IMG/VR virus record: IMGVR_UViG_3300047510_002062
Coordinates: 3,705 to 67,704 of that record
DNA length: 64,000 nucleotides
Origin: a virus
Reading direction: 5' to 3' (one strand)
Shown: one piece after another, positions 28,491-37,981 of the stretch
Position numbering within the stretch: position 1 is the first letter of the stretch
How the letters are laid out: the number at the start of each line of letters is the position of its first letter
Program-made: the position numbers and the translations under genes
Notes under the pieces: model-generated
Told to the model about the DNA's origin: nothing
What the model saw: the letters and a program-made list of their open reading frames with translations, nothing else
The model's database searches: none

Positions 28491-28563
28491 TGCTCCTTGA
28501 GGGGATCGAACCCACCTGATACCGATTATGAGTCGGGTGCTTTCACCAGATAGCTAAAGGAGC
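28491..28563 (-). tRNA. tRNA with CAT anticodon (likely Ile2, otherwise elongator Met)
   Basis: GCTCCTTTAGCTATCTGGTGAAAGCACCCGACTCATAATCGG...GGTTCGATCCCCTCAAGGAGCA; G1-C72 paired so not an initiator; C4-G69 and C5-G68 present. Confidence 0.9.
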
Positions 28564-28592
28564 GAAAATACTCGGAAACCGAGTATGTAAAT

Positions 28593-28784
28593 TCAATCCG
28601 AATAAGTGGGAGGATTGTACTTCAGGTATTCAAAGAAAGTCAATTTCATTTCTTTTTGAGTCATACCACAATGCTTTGCTGCTCCTGGAAGAGTCATTTT
28701 GCAATTAAATAATGCTTCGTTTGCTTCTTTCACATTTTGCGGTGTGGTTTTTACCATAGTTTCTTTTAAACTTTTGTAATCCAT
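28593..28784 (-). CDS. Hypothetical protein, 63 aa (possible small HTH)
   Basis: KMTLPGAAKHCGMTQKEMKLTFFEYLK; compact operon. Confidence 0.7.
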   Translation of the reverse strand: MDYKSLKETMVKTTPQNVKEANEALFNCKMTLPGAAKHCGMTQKEMKLTFFEYLKYNPPTYSD

Positions 28785-28789
28785 TAATT

Positions 28790-28975
28790 TTACTCTTGCA
28801 ATTCAAATTCTTCAAATTGATCAACAGATACTTCATGTTCACCCGCAACAAGATACCAATGCTTACCGTCTTCACGAATGCCAAGATACTTCATTTGATC
28901 CTCGGCAAATACATTCTCACGCATTGCGGCTTGAATTTTATGATGAATCAATTCACTCTTCGATGGAACCTTCAT
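28790..28975 (-). CDS. Hypothetical protein (probable start MKVPSKSEL)
   Basis: ORF track 28790..29023; the ATG at 28975 reduces overlap with the upstream gene. Confidence 0.65.
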   Translation of the reverse strand: MKVPSKSELIHHKIQAAMRENVFAEDQMKYLGIREDGKHWYLVAGEHEVSVDQFEEFELQE

Positions 28976-29141
28976 TATATTCAAAAGTGACAGGGATTTC
29001 AAGAAGTTTTGCTCTTGCCACACACTCTACCATATTCCAATAGAGTTCTCCACTCATGGGGAAATGAAGATCAGTGAAATACGATGCCATGTCTTCTTGG
29101 AGTTCTACAAGGTCTTGTGCGGTCTGTTCTGCTATTTGCAT
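28953..29141 (-). CDS. Hypothetical early protein, 62 aa
   Basis: First ORF after the sigma70 promoter at 29168-29196. Confidence 0.65.
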   Translation of the reverse strand: MQIAEQTAQDLVELQEDMASYFTDLHFPMSGELYWNMVECVARAKLLEIPVTFEYNEGSIEE

Positions 29142-29167
29142 TCAGTGTGGTTTCAGTGGACCTACAT

Positions 29168-29196
29168 AGTGTACCGCATTGAAACCACGTTGTCAA
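29168..29196 (-). promoter_or_regulatory. sigma70-type early promoter TTGACA-N17-TACACT
   Basis: Consensus spacing; an inverted repeat GTGGTTTCA/TGAAACCAC flanks the -10. Confidence 0.75.
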
Positions 29197-29203
29197 CCCC
29201 CCT

Positions 29204-30085
29204 ATGAAAGTCGCACTGATTCTCGCTGGACACATGAGAGACTGGGAAACCTGCCTCCCAATCATTAAAAAGGAAATACTCAATAAGTATAATCCTGATG
29301 TATATATTTCATCATTTGATCATAATTTAGACAATATTCGTCAATATGAACATGATGGTATTGAATATATTGACAATAGGGAACATGAAACTGAGAGTAT
29401 TGACATCAAAAAAGTATTAGACTGTTATAATCCGAAAAAATATATCTTTAGAACTAATAATTATGAGTTAAATTTTCAGTTTAATAACATAGTAACTGAA
29501 AGAATTCCAAGAGAATGGGCAAAAAGAAATATTCAGAGTTGGGAAACAGTATACCATTCATTACAAATCATAGATCTAAACGAATATGATATTATTATTA
29601 GAACAAGACCAGACATTTCAATAAGAAATTTAAATCTCATACAAAATGAGAATTTGGTATTTCCAGATTTGTGCATAGATCCTGGTCCATGTACTATAAA
29701 TGAAGGATTACACCCCAATTTTGTGTATGGAAATCCAAAATACATGAAAAAATATCTTGAAATTTACACTAAACTTCAAGATATGCATTCAAAAGGTATG
29801 ACAGACATTTCTGTTAAAGAAATGACATTAAGGGATTATGTCAATAATTACATAGGAATAGAAAATATTGCTATAGACGAAAATATAGAATGGAAATATG
29901 ATGACACTGAATGGTCAAATAATCTAAAAAAAGTTCATGAATTAATTCTTCTTGATAATCCACAAGGATGGTTTGACATGAATGAAATCAATCAAGAAGA
30001 ATATGATTCTATAATGAAAGCCATTGAGATGGATGCGTTGATCCCTGATGATGCATGTAATGATCAGGATGTAGAGTTACTCTAA
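29204..30085 (+). CDS. Putative glycosyltransferase-like protein
   Basis: MKVALILAGHMR...DVYISS...YDIIIRTRPDI motif of GT-A-like phage proteins; opposite strand to its neighbours. Confidence 0.65.
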   Translation: MKVALILAGHMRDWETCLPIIKKEILNKYNPDVYISSFDHNLDNIRQYEHDGIEYIDNREHETESIDIKKVLDCYNPKKYIFRTNNYELNFQFNNIVTERIPREWAKRNIQSWETVYHSLQIIDLNEYDIIIRTRPDISIRNLNLIQNENLVFPDLCIDPGPCTINEGLHPNFVYGNPKYMKKYLEIYTKLQDMHSKGMTDISVKEMTLRDYVNNYIGIENIAIDENIEWKYDDTEWSNNLKKVHELILLDNPQGWFDMNEINQEEYDSIMKAIEMDALIPDDACNDQDVELL

Positions 30086-30689
30086 CATCTCCAGCAACAA
30101 CAATTCGTTCGTCTGCTCTTTCTACATATTGCTGAGTAAAATGCCCAATATTACTTGGGAAAATCACAACCGTTCCTTCATATGGAGTAATAGTATAAAC
30201 ATTGCAATTATATTTGTTATATCCTGTAATTAAATTAAATTGCTCGGCAGTTTCAAATAAACCCCTCATACATTCATTTTTATTATCACCCTGAACAGAA
30301 ACACAAAATTTATCTGAAGTTTCATCCGTTTTAAGATAATACACAAAACTCAAATTAGATTCGTTGTGTGTATGTGGAGACACTGAGGGAGTTTCATTAT
30401 CTCCATGATAACCAACCCAAGTCTTTACAACATGATAAGACAACTTATTATAGTCAACAGAGAGAGCATTAAAATATCCATCAATATTTCTTTTTAATTC
30501 AGAAAAGAAATCAGAATAATCTTCATTTAAGTGTGCAAATATTTTGCCAGAACATTCTGGACTTTCAAATGAATATCCATTAAACCAATAATCCCGAAGA
30601 GCGTTAATATTTTTTTGTTTAAATTCTTCGTGGCAAGTTATTGTACCTTGGTATACAATTAACGGACAAACCTCATGTATCCTCTCCAT
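30009..30689 (-). CDS. Putative 2OG-Fe(II) oxygenase
   Basis: PHTHNESNLSFVYYL...PYEGTVVIFPSNIGH...ERIVVAGD (HxH...H...R jelly-roll pattern). Confidence 0.8.
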   Translation of the reverse strand: MERIHEVCPLIVYQGTITCHEEFKQKNINALRDYWFNGYSFESPECSGKIFAHLNEDYSDFFSELKRNIDGYFNALSVDYNKLSYHVVKTWVGYHGDNETPSVSPHTHNESNLSFVYYLKTDETSDKFCVSVQGDNKNECMRGLFETAEQFNLITGYNKYNCNVYTITPYEGTVVIFPSNIGHFTQQYVERADERIVVAGDVRVTLHPDHYMHHQGSTHPSQWLSL

Positions 30690-31335
30690 AAAATATCAAA
30701 CCTTCATTAACAGTGCTATTACTATTATCGCCTGGATAGTCCATTACTGTCAAGCCTTGATATTCTGGGATATTCTTTTCCACATCAATTCTTTCTGCCA
30801 TAATTTGATAATAACATTTTATTGGTCCACCTAGATTGTTTTTAATAACTACTCTTGTTCCCCACTGAATAGTTTCCACAAATAACTCTTGATATATTCC
30901 AAATGGTGTCAAAGTAATATTGATTGTTTCTAAGTCAACCAATTTTGGCCAATAATCAGGAAGTTTAATGATGTTTCCTTCCGTTAACTTCCCCTTTATA
31001 TAAACATCAGCATCTGGTCCTTCTAAACATACATGCCTTAATCTATGCCCATCTTTTGTGGGGTGAGGAATATCAAAACTTTTTTTAGCATTCCAAACAC
31101 AAGATCTTGTTGATAAAGTGCCTGAACATCCCAACAACCATCTTACATCATTTACTAAAATTCTATCATGCCAATAAATTGGACAAGGATCTGGAAAAGG
31201 AGCGACACTTCTATTATAATCATTGGTGAATGGCAATACTGGTCTTGCAAAAGCACCATATGGAACCGATCCAAATCTATTTGGCCTACAATTTGTTTTA
31301 GCAATAGTTCTTGGTGCTGGTGGAATATAAGTCAT
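30673..31335 (-). CDS. Baseplate-region protein, paralog of 31338..32168
   Basis: KSFDIPHPTKDGHRLRHVCLEGPDADVYIKG...LPDYW. Confidence 0.8.
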   Translation of the reverse strand: MTYIPPAPRTIAKTNCRPNRFGSVPYGAFARPVLPFTNDYNRSVAPFPDPCPIYWHDRILVNDVRWLLGCSGTLSTRSCVWNAKKSFDIPHPTKDGHRLRHVCLEGPDADVYIKGKLTEGNIIKLPDYWPKLVDLETINITLTPFGIYQELFVETIQWGTRVVIKNNLGGPIKCYYQIMAERIDVEKNIPEYQGLTVMDYPGDNSNSTVNEGLIFYGEDT

Positions 31336-31337
31336 AA

Positions 31338-32168
31338 TTATGCTCTCTTAAGGTTTTCTATGTTTTTTTCATCGGATTCGCGTTTATCATACGTCCACCC
31401 AACGATTGAGTACTCCGAGTTATCTCCAGGATAATCTTCTGGACTATACCCTCTATATTCTGGCACTAATTTTTCTCCATCCTTTCTTTCACCATAAATG
31501 TGATAAAAGCAATCAATGGGCATATTTCCTTTAGATTGAAGATATATTTTATTCTTATCAATTCTTTTTACAACCACATCTTGATGTGATCCAACCGGAG
31601 TAAGATTTACCGTAATTGTTCTATGGTCAACAAGTCCTTCCCAATAATCTGGAAGGTCAATATGATCTTTATTAATTCTTCCTCTAACATATACATCATT
31701 GTATGGAGATTCCGGACATGTATGCCGCAGTCTCCATCCTTGTTTGGTTGGATGCTTAATGTCAAAGTTCTTTTTAAGGGATAAAATATGAGCACCACAA
31801 CGAGAAACAACTTCGCCTTGAGCAACTATATTAAATCCAGCAACAACATTTCCAGCAACATCAAGATTTCCATAAAATCCACTACTCCCTTGAACTGCAA
31901 GAGAGTATGGGTTATTAATACAAGGTCCTCCCCAACATAAGCATCCTGGGGCAAATGTTGGAGGGGAATCTAAGTTTGTGTTGGGTCCGATCATTACTGT
32001 TGCCCATGGCAATGGACCCCAAGTAAATGCATTTCCAAAAATGGATGGTCCTTCGATATAACTAGAACCTCTTATCTTTGCTGGCCCAAGAAGAAGAGGT
32101 ACTGCAGGCCATCCAGCACCAACAGCAAGAGAATGTGATACTGTAAGGTCATCAGTTGCGTATGCCAT
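31338..32168 (-). CDS. Baseplate-region protein, paralog of 30673..31335
   Basis: KNFDIKHPTKQGWRLRHTCPESPYNDVYVRG...LPDYW. Confidence 0.8.
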   Translation of the reverse strand: MAYATDDLTVSHSLAVGAGWPAVPLLLGPAKIRGSSYIEGPSIFGNAFTWGPLPWATVMIGPNTNLDSPPTFAPGCLCWGGPCINNPYSLAVQGSSGFYGNLDVAGNVVAGFNIVAQGEVVSRCGAHILSLKKNFDIKHPTKQGWRLRHTCPESPYNDVYVRGRINKDHIDLPDYWEGLVDHRTITVNLTPVGSHQDVVVKRIDKNKIYLQSKGNMPIDCFYHIYGERKDGEKLVPEYRGYSPEDYPGDNSEYSIVGWTYDKRESDEKNIENLKRA

Positions 32169-32174
32169 AGTTTA

Positions 32175-32840
32175 TTAGAACAAAGAGAAATTATTTTTTA
32201 ATAACATTGTTACAGTTGTAATTGGATTCAGTTTATCTGGTTTCCAATTTGATGCTGCACTTAAAGAGGATACAAAATTACCAACGAAATTCAATGAGGT
32301 ATTGGATGCTATATTTATTGTTTTAGGACAAAATATTGTTATACCTTTTTGTGCCTTGACATCGAAATTTCCGGTTTTAATATTTACAGATTCATTTGAA
32401 TCTAAATTGATAGTTCCTCTAGTAAGATCAGGACCTTCTGCTCTTATATCTATGTCCATTGCAGACATCCTAATTCTTCCTTTGGGAGCACGAATAACTA
32501 TGTCTCCATTTTCGGCAAGCAGAAAAAATCCAACACCAGGCCAGTTATTTAATGGACTTGAATTTGTTTTTCCTGCATGTTCGGACGCACACCAGATTTG
32601 ATATGGACCTGGACAACGATTTGATGTCCACCCTTGACGAGGACCATCGATATCCATGGTCATATAATGAGATGAATGGTCTGCTGCTTGTAGAAAAACA
32701 CCAGACGTACAATCAGCATCTATACTACCATTAAGACCCAAATGCAAATGTCCAAATTCAATTTGGCCTTGCCTATTACCATATACTAAATGTTCTGAAT
32801 TTGCTTTTTTTCCGCCAGAAGATTGTTTTTTTGTAAGCAT
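32175..32840 (-). CDS. Putative baseplate spike (gp5 C-terminal beta-helix-like) protein
   Basis: AENGDIVIRAPKGRIRMSAMDIDIRAEG...GTINLDSNESVNI repeats; directly downstream of the gp5-like gene. Confidence 0.6.
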   Translation of the reverse strand: MLTKKQSSGGKKANSEHLVYGNRQGQIEFGHLHLGLNGSIDADCTSGVFLQAADHSSHYMTMDIDGPRQGWTSNRCPGPYQIWCASEHAGKTNSSPLNNWPGVGFFLLAENGDIVIRAPKGRIRMSAMDIDIRAEGPDLTRGTINLDSNESVNIKTGNFDVKAQKGITIFCPKTINIASNTSLNFVGNFVSSLSAASNWKPDKLNPITTVTMLLKNNFSLF

Positions 32841-32848
32841 TTTCTTAA

Positions 32849-35800
32849 TTAACTCCTTTTAATTTTACCAACACAATCTATCACTTCAATTAACTTTGCC
32901 CCTTCTGGAATCGTGTCTTGGGTCTCAGAAAGATCTCCAAATCTTTGGACTCCAAATACTGGAATAATTATAGCATTTATTCCAGTATTACTTTTTAATG
33001 TAATTTTTGGTCTTTCCAAAAATCCAATTCCAGGATTAACTATATTTACTGTAATCAATTTACCAAAGTCATTGAAGACTGGCTCCAATACTGCACCATT
33101 ACTGGGTTGAATATGTATTTTATCTTCGGGGGAGTAATTTATTCCAGAATTTCCAATTAAAATATCGTTAATTTTTAATACAGCAGGGTATGATCCATCG
33201 GAAGATGATGGGTAATTAATATCTGTTCCGGTTATGCCATCTTTAACATCTCCAGGATTATAAGTTGGTGTTGTCAAAGTCCCTGGATTTTCAATCAAAA
33301 TACCTTCTTCCAATCCAAGTCCAGTAAATCTTTGCAATTCATTTCCAAAATTATCATAAACACCAACATCAGTACCGGGAGGTAAAAATACTAAGTCACC
33401 TGTGTTGACATTTACTGCAGTATTTGGGCGATAGAAATTATATCCAATATCCGGAGTTAAGACAATAGTTCCATCTCTATCTGAAATTTTTACTCCATTT
33501 GAATATATTGATCCATCTGGACGATTTAGATATCCAGTTCCAGAGTCAACTACAATAATTTCTTGAACTGGAGATCCACCTGGTCCTGAGAATGTTCCAC
33601 TTCCAGTATTTCCATTAGACTGCGATCCAACATCAAAAGCAGATACTACCGCAGATCCAGAAGAAGTTAAAGGAACATCTCCAACAAGTGCTTTACTATT
33701 GTCCTGATTACCTCCAACAACTAGAGGAACACCTACTCCACCAGTAGTTACTTTATATGGTCCAACAGTAACCACTGCGTCATTTACTTTTAAAACTTGC
33801 TCTCCAGGATTAATATTTTCTTTTATCAATAAAATATTTCCTCCTCTTCCTCCAGTTGTTACTGGATTTCCATCTATTGTTGCTTGGACACCATTAGCAA
33901 TTACTGGAGAACCTCCAACTGCGCCAACTTTTACAAAAGAAACTGCAACTTTTTGATTATTTCCAGATTCTATAGTTCCAGTTCCGTCACCATTTACGTT
34001 GACTTTATCTCCAGATTTGGAAGAAATGTCTCCAGTAAAATCTTCATTATTGTCATTGTCATCTACTGGGAAATTAACTTTATCAGCAGTAAAAATTCCT
34101 TCCCCAACAAAAGTTCCGTTTCTTATAATGCCAGTTCCCACAAAAGTACCTGTTCCTTTTCCGGATAAATTATTATCAAATCCAGAAAATCTACCTTCAA
34201 GAGATAATTCTTTATCATTTTCATCTTTAAAAATTATTGCTCCAGCTCCTTGAAATCTACCTTCGTGATAATTACCTCTGCCAGTAAACAAACCTTCATA
34301 TGGACCCTTTATAATATTGATATCATTAATATTAAATAATGGTTTATCTATTATAACTTGTATTACTTTTCCGCCAGTTGAATTATTCATCTCCTTAGAG
34401 GTGACTAGAACATCACCTCCATCTCCTCCAACAGTAACCTTTGTACCTCCCACAGAATTCCATAACAATGGACCAGCAGTAGTTATTATAGGTTGCCCAG
34501 GTCCACCTATGCATACATAATCGCCATCTGAAGTTGGACCAATGGTTAATAATTTTCCTCTATGCTCTAATAGACTATTACTGTTTATAGTACATACAGT
34601 TAATGGAGTTCCTCCACTTCCACCAATGTATACATTTGATCCAGAATATAAAAGATCTTCACCAATTCCAGATTCTTTTGCCCCTTCTGGTAGTAAATCA
34701 TAGAATTGATTGTCTATTGGTTTTGCATTAATTTTTAATACAGAAGCTTTAGTAGTAGTATCCTTGAAATTTTCATCATTTAATTCATCTTGGGGAGCTC
34801 TACTAGTGTCTCCTCCAGATCCACCAAAGAAAGTTTTATCATCTTCTAATCTAGCATAAAGAACTGCTCCACTACCTGGTCCTTCATTATCTAACACTAC
34901 TGTTGGTGAAGATGTATATCCCGTTCCTCCATCAATAATATCAAATCCAAGGATATCTCCAGAATCTGATATTATTGCATTAGCAATAGCTCCAATTCCA
35001 CCACCACCTATAAATTTAACTTTAGGTGGTTTAGCAACTTTTGGTTTAGTGTTGCAACTATTGACTCCAATACCGCTAAAAGATGCACTCTTTATAGCAC
35101 CTGAAAGATCTGGTACTTGGAAGTCAAAAGATCCATCCCCATACCAAAAATTCCACCCATCACCAGCAGAACAATCCGCATCTTCATCGCATGTTAAAAA
35201 TGCAATAATACCTAAAATCGCACTCAACGCATTAAAAATTCCACTAAGAATTCCGCTAACAGATCCTAAAACACCATCAACCACACTTGTTATTGCAGAA
35301 AGTCCTTGAGTTATTGGTCCGAGTATTCCTCCCAATAAACTTGCCATAAAACTTTGTGCAGCACAAAATGCAGCATCTACACCGCCAAGAATTTTATTAA
35401 CTAAACTTGTAAGTAAATTTAAAATGGCACTGAATAATCCCTTGATCAATTTATTAAATACACATGCAAGTATATCAAGTATAAGTTGCATTATTTCATT
35501 TGTAACTGAAGTGTTATTTGGGGGAATGAGTGATTGTAATGGTAGGACCACGAATTTATTCAATAAATTCTCAGCAAATCCTCTCATTTTATCAATAACA
35601 CCCTTCATAAAATCTGCTATTAGTAATGCAGCATCTTGAATAAGTGAATTCAATCCTGTCAATACATCACTTACCTGTCCAGCAAATGTTCCAATTGCCG
35701 ATTTTACCTTGGTAATAAATGCTTGTATATCTTGAATGACTTTTAATATACCTTTAAGAGCTCCGCCTCCCCTAACATCACATTCATATGTTTTTGGGAC

Positions 35801-36406
35801 ATAATGAGTTCTTTGTTCCTTTGGTATATCAATGTCTCTTACATCAAGAACATAGTTACCTCCAGCAGATTCGCTTAGGGGATTATCCCCATCTGGACCC
35901 TCTGCTAACATGTTCTTATTGCCAAATTGTTTTGCTCCACCTAGTCCATTTCCACCTGTCCTAGGAACAAATCCTTTATCTGGATCATTTCCAAATAATC
36001 TAGTTTGAGCATGATTTGGAAGAGTTCCAAAAATAATAGGTTCAGTTGCTTCTATTCCATCCTTATAAAATCCAAAAACATAATTTCCCTGTCTTAAGTT
36101 TGGTGTTTGAACGGATCCGGCGTGTCCACTACCAGCAGTAACTGGCATAGACACTTCTGCCATATAAAGTTCTTCATCCTTTGTAGTCTTTTCATCATTT
36201 TTTTCTTCAAGTTCTCTTCCAAAGATTCTTACTTTATATCGATATCCATATCCTTGAAAGTCATCTCTGGTTCTTAAACTATGAAGTCCATCTTCTCTAG
36301 CATGGTTTTGGACCCATGTAGTTTCATCAACAATTTGCCCAAACCACATGAAGGCGAGATTTACTCCACTAGTATCAGTATTAAATAAAGAACCTTGACT
36401 TGACAT
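32849..36406 (-). CDS. gp5: Baseplate hub subunit, gp5-like (OB-fold N-terminus; no T4 lysozyme domain recognisable)
   Basis: WFGQIVD...GYRYKVRIFG...GNYVFGFYKDG...PIIFGTL; C-terminal LIEVIDCVGK. Confidence 0.75.
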   Translation of the reverse strand: MSSQGSLFNTDTSGVNLAFMWFGQIVDETTWVQNHAREDGLHSLRTRDDFQGYGYRYKVRIFGRELEEKNDEKTTKDEELYMAEVSMPVTAGSGHAGSVQTPNLRQGNYVFGFYKDGIEATEPIIFGTLPNHAQTRLFGNDPDKGFVPRTGGNGLGGAKQFGNKNMLAEGPDGDNPLSESAGGNYVLDVRDIDIPKEQRTHYVPKTYECDVRGGGALKGILKVIQDIQAFITKVKSAIGTFAGQVSDVLTGLNSLIQDAALLIADFMKGVIDKMRGFAENLLNKFVVLPLQSLIPPNNTSVTNEIMQLILDILACVFNKLIKGLFSAILNLLTSLVNKILGGVDAAFCAAQSFMASLLGGILGPITQGLSAITSVVDGVLGSVSGILSGIFNALSAILGIIAFLTCDEDADCSAGDGWNFWYGDGSFDFQVPDLSGAIKSASFSGIGVNSCNTKPKVAKPPKVKFIGGGGIGAIANAIISDSGDILGFDIIDGGTGYTSSPTVVLDNEGPGSGAVLYARLEDDKTFFGGSGGDTSRAPQDELNDENFKDTTTKASVLKINAKPIDNQFYDLLPEGAKESGIGEDLLYSGSNVYIGGSGGTPLTVCTINSNSLLEHRGKLLTIGPTSDGDYVCIGGPGQPIITTAGPLLWNSVGGTKVTVGGDGGDVLVTSKEMNNSTGGKVIQVIIDKPLFNINDINIIKGPYEGLFTGRGNYHEGRFQGAGAIIFKDENDKELSLEGRFSGFDNNLSGKGTGTFVGTGIIRNGTFVGEGIFTADKVNFPVDDNDNNEDFTGDISSKSGDKVNVNGDGTGTIESGNNQKVAVSFVKVGAVGGSPVIANGVQATIDGNPVTTGGRGGNILLIKENINPGEQVLKVNDAVVTVGPYKVTTGGVGVPLVVGGNQDNSKALVGDVPLTSSGSAVVSAFDVGSQSNGNTGSGTFSGPGGSPVQEIIVVDSGTGYLNRPDGSIYSNGVKISDRDGTIVLTPDIGYNFYRPNTAVNVNTGDLVFLPPGTDVGVYDNFGNELQRFTGLGLEEGILIENPGTLTTPTYNPGDVKDGITGTDINYPSSSDGSYPAVLKINDILIGNSGINYSPEDKIHIQPSNGAVLEPVFNDFGKLITVNIVNPGIGFLERPKITLKSNTGINAIIIPVFGVQRFGDLSETQDTIPEGAKLIEVIDCVGKIKRS

Positions 36407-36411
36407 AAGTA

Positions 36412-36621
36412 TTATTCGTAAATTTTACATTCAATTGCATCTGGATTATCTTCACAATATAATTCCAATCCAGTGGGGTCATGATGATCTTCTGGATGAT
36501 TCTTTTGATATCTTTCAAGTTGCTCCAATTCACCTTCAATATGACGACGTTGCTGTGGTGAAGTTGTAGGATCTTCAAGAATTTGTTTATCTACATTAAT
36601 GTGTGTTTCGATGTTTTCCAT
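36412..36621 (-). CDS. cp12: CP12-like Calvin cycle inhibitor (auxiliary metabolic gene)
   Basis: C-terminal LELYCEDNPDAIECKIYE CP12 motif; SPQQRRHIEGEL; RBS AGAGGA. Confidence 0.9.
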   Translation of the reverse strand: MENIETHINVDKQILEDPTTSPQQRRHIEGELEQLERYQKNHPEDHHDPTGLELYCEDNPDAIECKIYE

Positions 36622-36636
36622 TTGTTCCTCTTAAAA

Positions 36637-37980
36637 TTATTTTCTCCCTATGGAATCTCTTATTAAACACAAAGAAGTATAATTAGCTTTAGGAGTTATT
36701 CTATGACAGAGATCCATTATCATATATAGTCCACTTTTATTCTTACTTGGTCTTTGAACCTTAGCGGATCCAATTTCTGGGAAATCGACCATAATCATAT
36801 CTCCAACATGAAGAGCAAAATCAAGTGGAATAATAATTGTCAATCTTACAGTTCCTAATTGATTATATCTATTTGTCGCTTGCCTCAATATTTCATTCAT
36901 TTCAAAATTTATTTCTTTTGATTCTTTCTTTTGCTCTCCCCAAGTTCTTCCAGTAGGTAAATTACCAGTGTCAAACATTTTTTGTGTTTCTCTGGTAACC
37001 TTTTCTTGGAAATTTAAGTCAGTTGCAACTTTCCAGAATTCTTTTCCACCGTTATTTGTTATTAAATTTTGAGAAATATAATTAAACTCTTCTTTTCCAT
37101 ATGCATTATCAAATGGATTAAAGGATTCAAGTTGCCTTTGGAATAATGATCCAGAAATCAAATGATCATCCAAGTTAATGCTAGTTATTTCCAAGTGATT
37201 AATTATCTTAGCATCATATCCTGGTGGAATTTCATTGACATTGGTTGAAATGTATTTTCTAACTGGAGGTTGACTGAATAAAATATCAACTGATTTAAAA
37301 TAAAATCCTCCAGGAGTTCCATCGGTTCCTCTAGCAATTTCATAAAACAAATAACCCGCTAAAATTCCTTGTCCACCAATACCTTCGGGAACTGTTCTCT
37401 TTGCTAACCAATTTATTTTATGAAATGGTTTTTCTCTACCACCCAGAAAATTAAAATCATTTTTGGATGGATCAACAAAAACTGATTTTGGTGTTTTTAT
37501 GCAGTCATCTTTTAAGATAGAATAGACATTATCAGATATTTTTCTTTCATATTTTTTAGTGACTCTACTTTCTAAAGTATGATTCACCATTGATTCCTTT
37601 GAATAAAACCAAGTATCTATAGTTGTTGCTGTAGTTCTTCCATCATTCATTGCCTCCCTTGCATTATTTGAAGTTCTTAATTCGTATGCACCTTTAAAAA
37701 TTAATTTCTGAAATTTATTCTTAAAGAATTGCCTAACGACTAATTCTGTTTTTTCACCAACACTATTATTAAATCCAGCCTCGGACAAAGCTTTTCCACC
37801 ACCATATCCAGTATCAACATACTTCACATTTACTCTGACAGTAGAATCAAAGATACTTTCGTATATCATTAAAGAAGTCACACCTTCTCTAATGTCAACA
37901 GTTTCTCCAGAATAATTTGATGTTATCTCAAATAAATCTATCTGAGCTTCACCACCTGCCGCTGCTGAATTTACACCCAT
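36637..37980 (-). CDS. Baseplate hub protein (gp27-like)
   Basis: IYESIFD...GYLFYE...GFYFKSVD...LHVGDMI...SGLYMIMDLCHRI...LIRDS. Confidence 0.7.
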   Translation of the reverse strand: MGVNSAAAGGEAQIDLFEITSNYSGETVDIREGVTSLMIYESIFDSTVRVNVKYVDTGYGGGKALSEAGFNNSVGEKTELVVRQFFKNKFQKLIFKGAYELRTSNNAREAMNDGRTTATTIDTWFYSKESMVNHTLESRVTKKYERKISDNVYSILKDDCIKTPKSVFVDPSKNDFNFLGGREKPFHKINWLAKRTVPEGIGGQGILAGYLFYEIARGTDGTPGGFYFKSVDILFSQPPVRKYISTNVNEIPPGYDAKIINHLEITSINLDDHLISGSLFQRQLESFNPFDNAYGKEEFNYISQNLITNNGGKEFWKVATDLNFQEKVTRETQKMFDTGNLPTGRTWGEQKKESKEINFEMNEILRQATNRYNQLGTVRLTIIIPLDFALHVGDMIMVDFPEIGSAKVQRPSKNKSGLYMIMDLCHRITPKANYTSLCLIRDSIGRK

Positions 37981-37981
37981 T

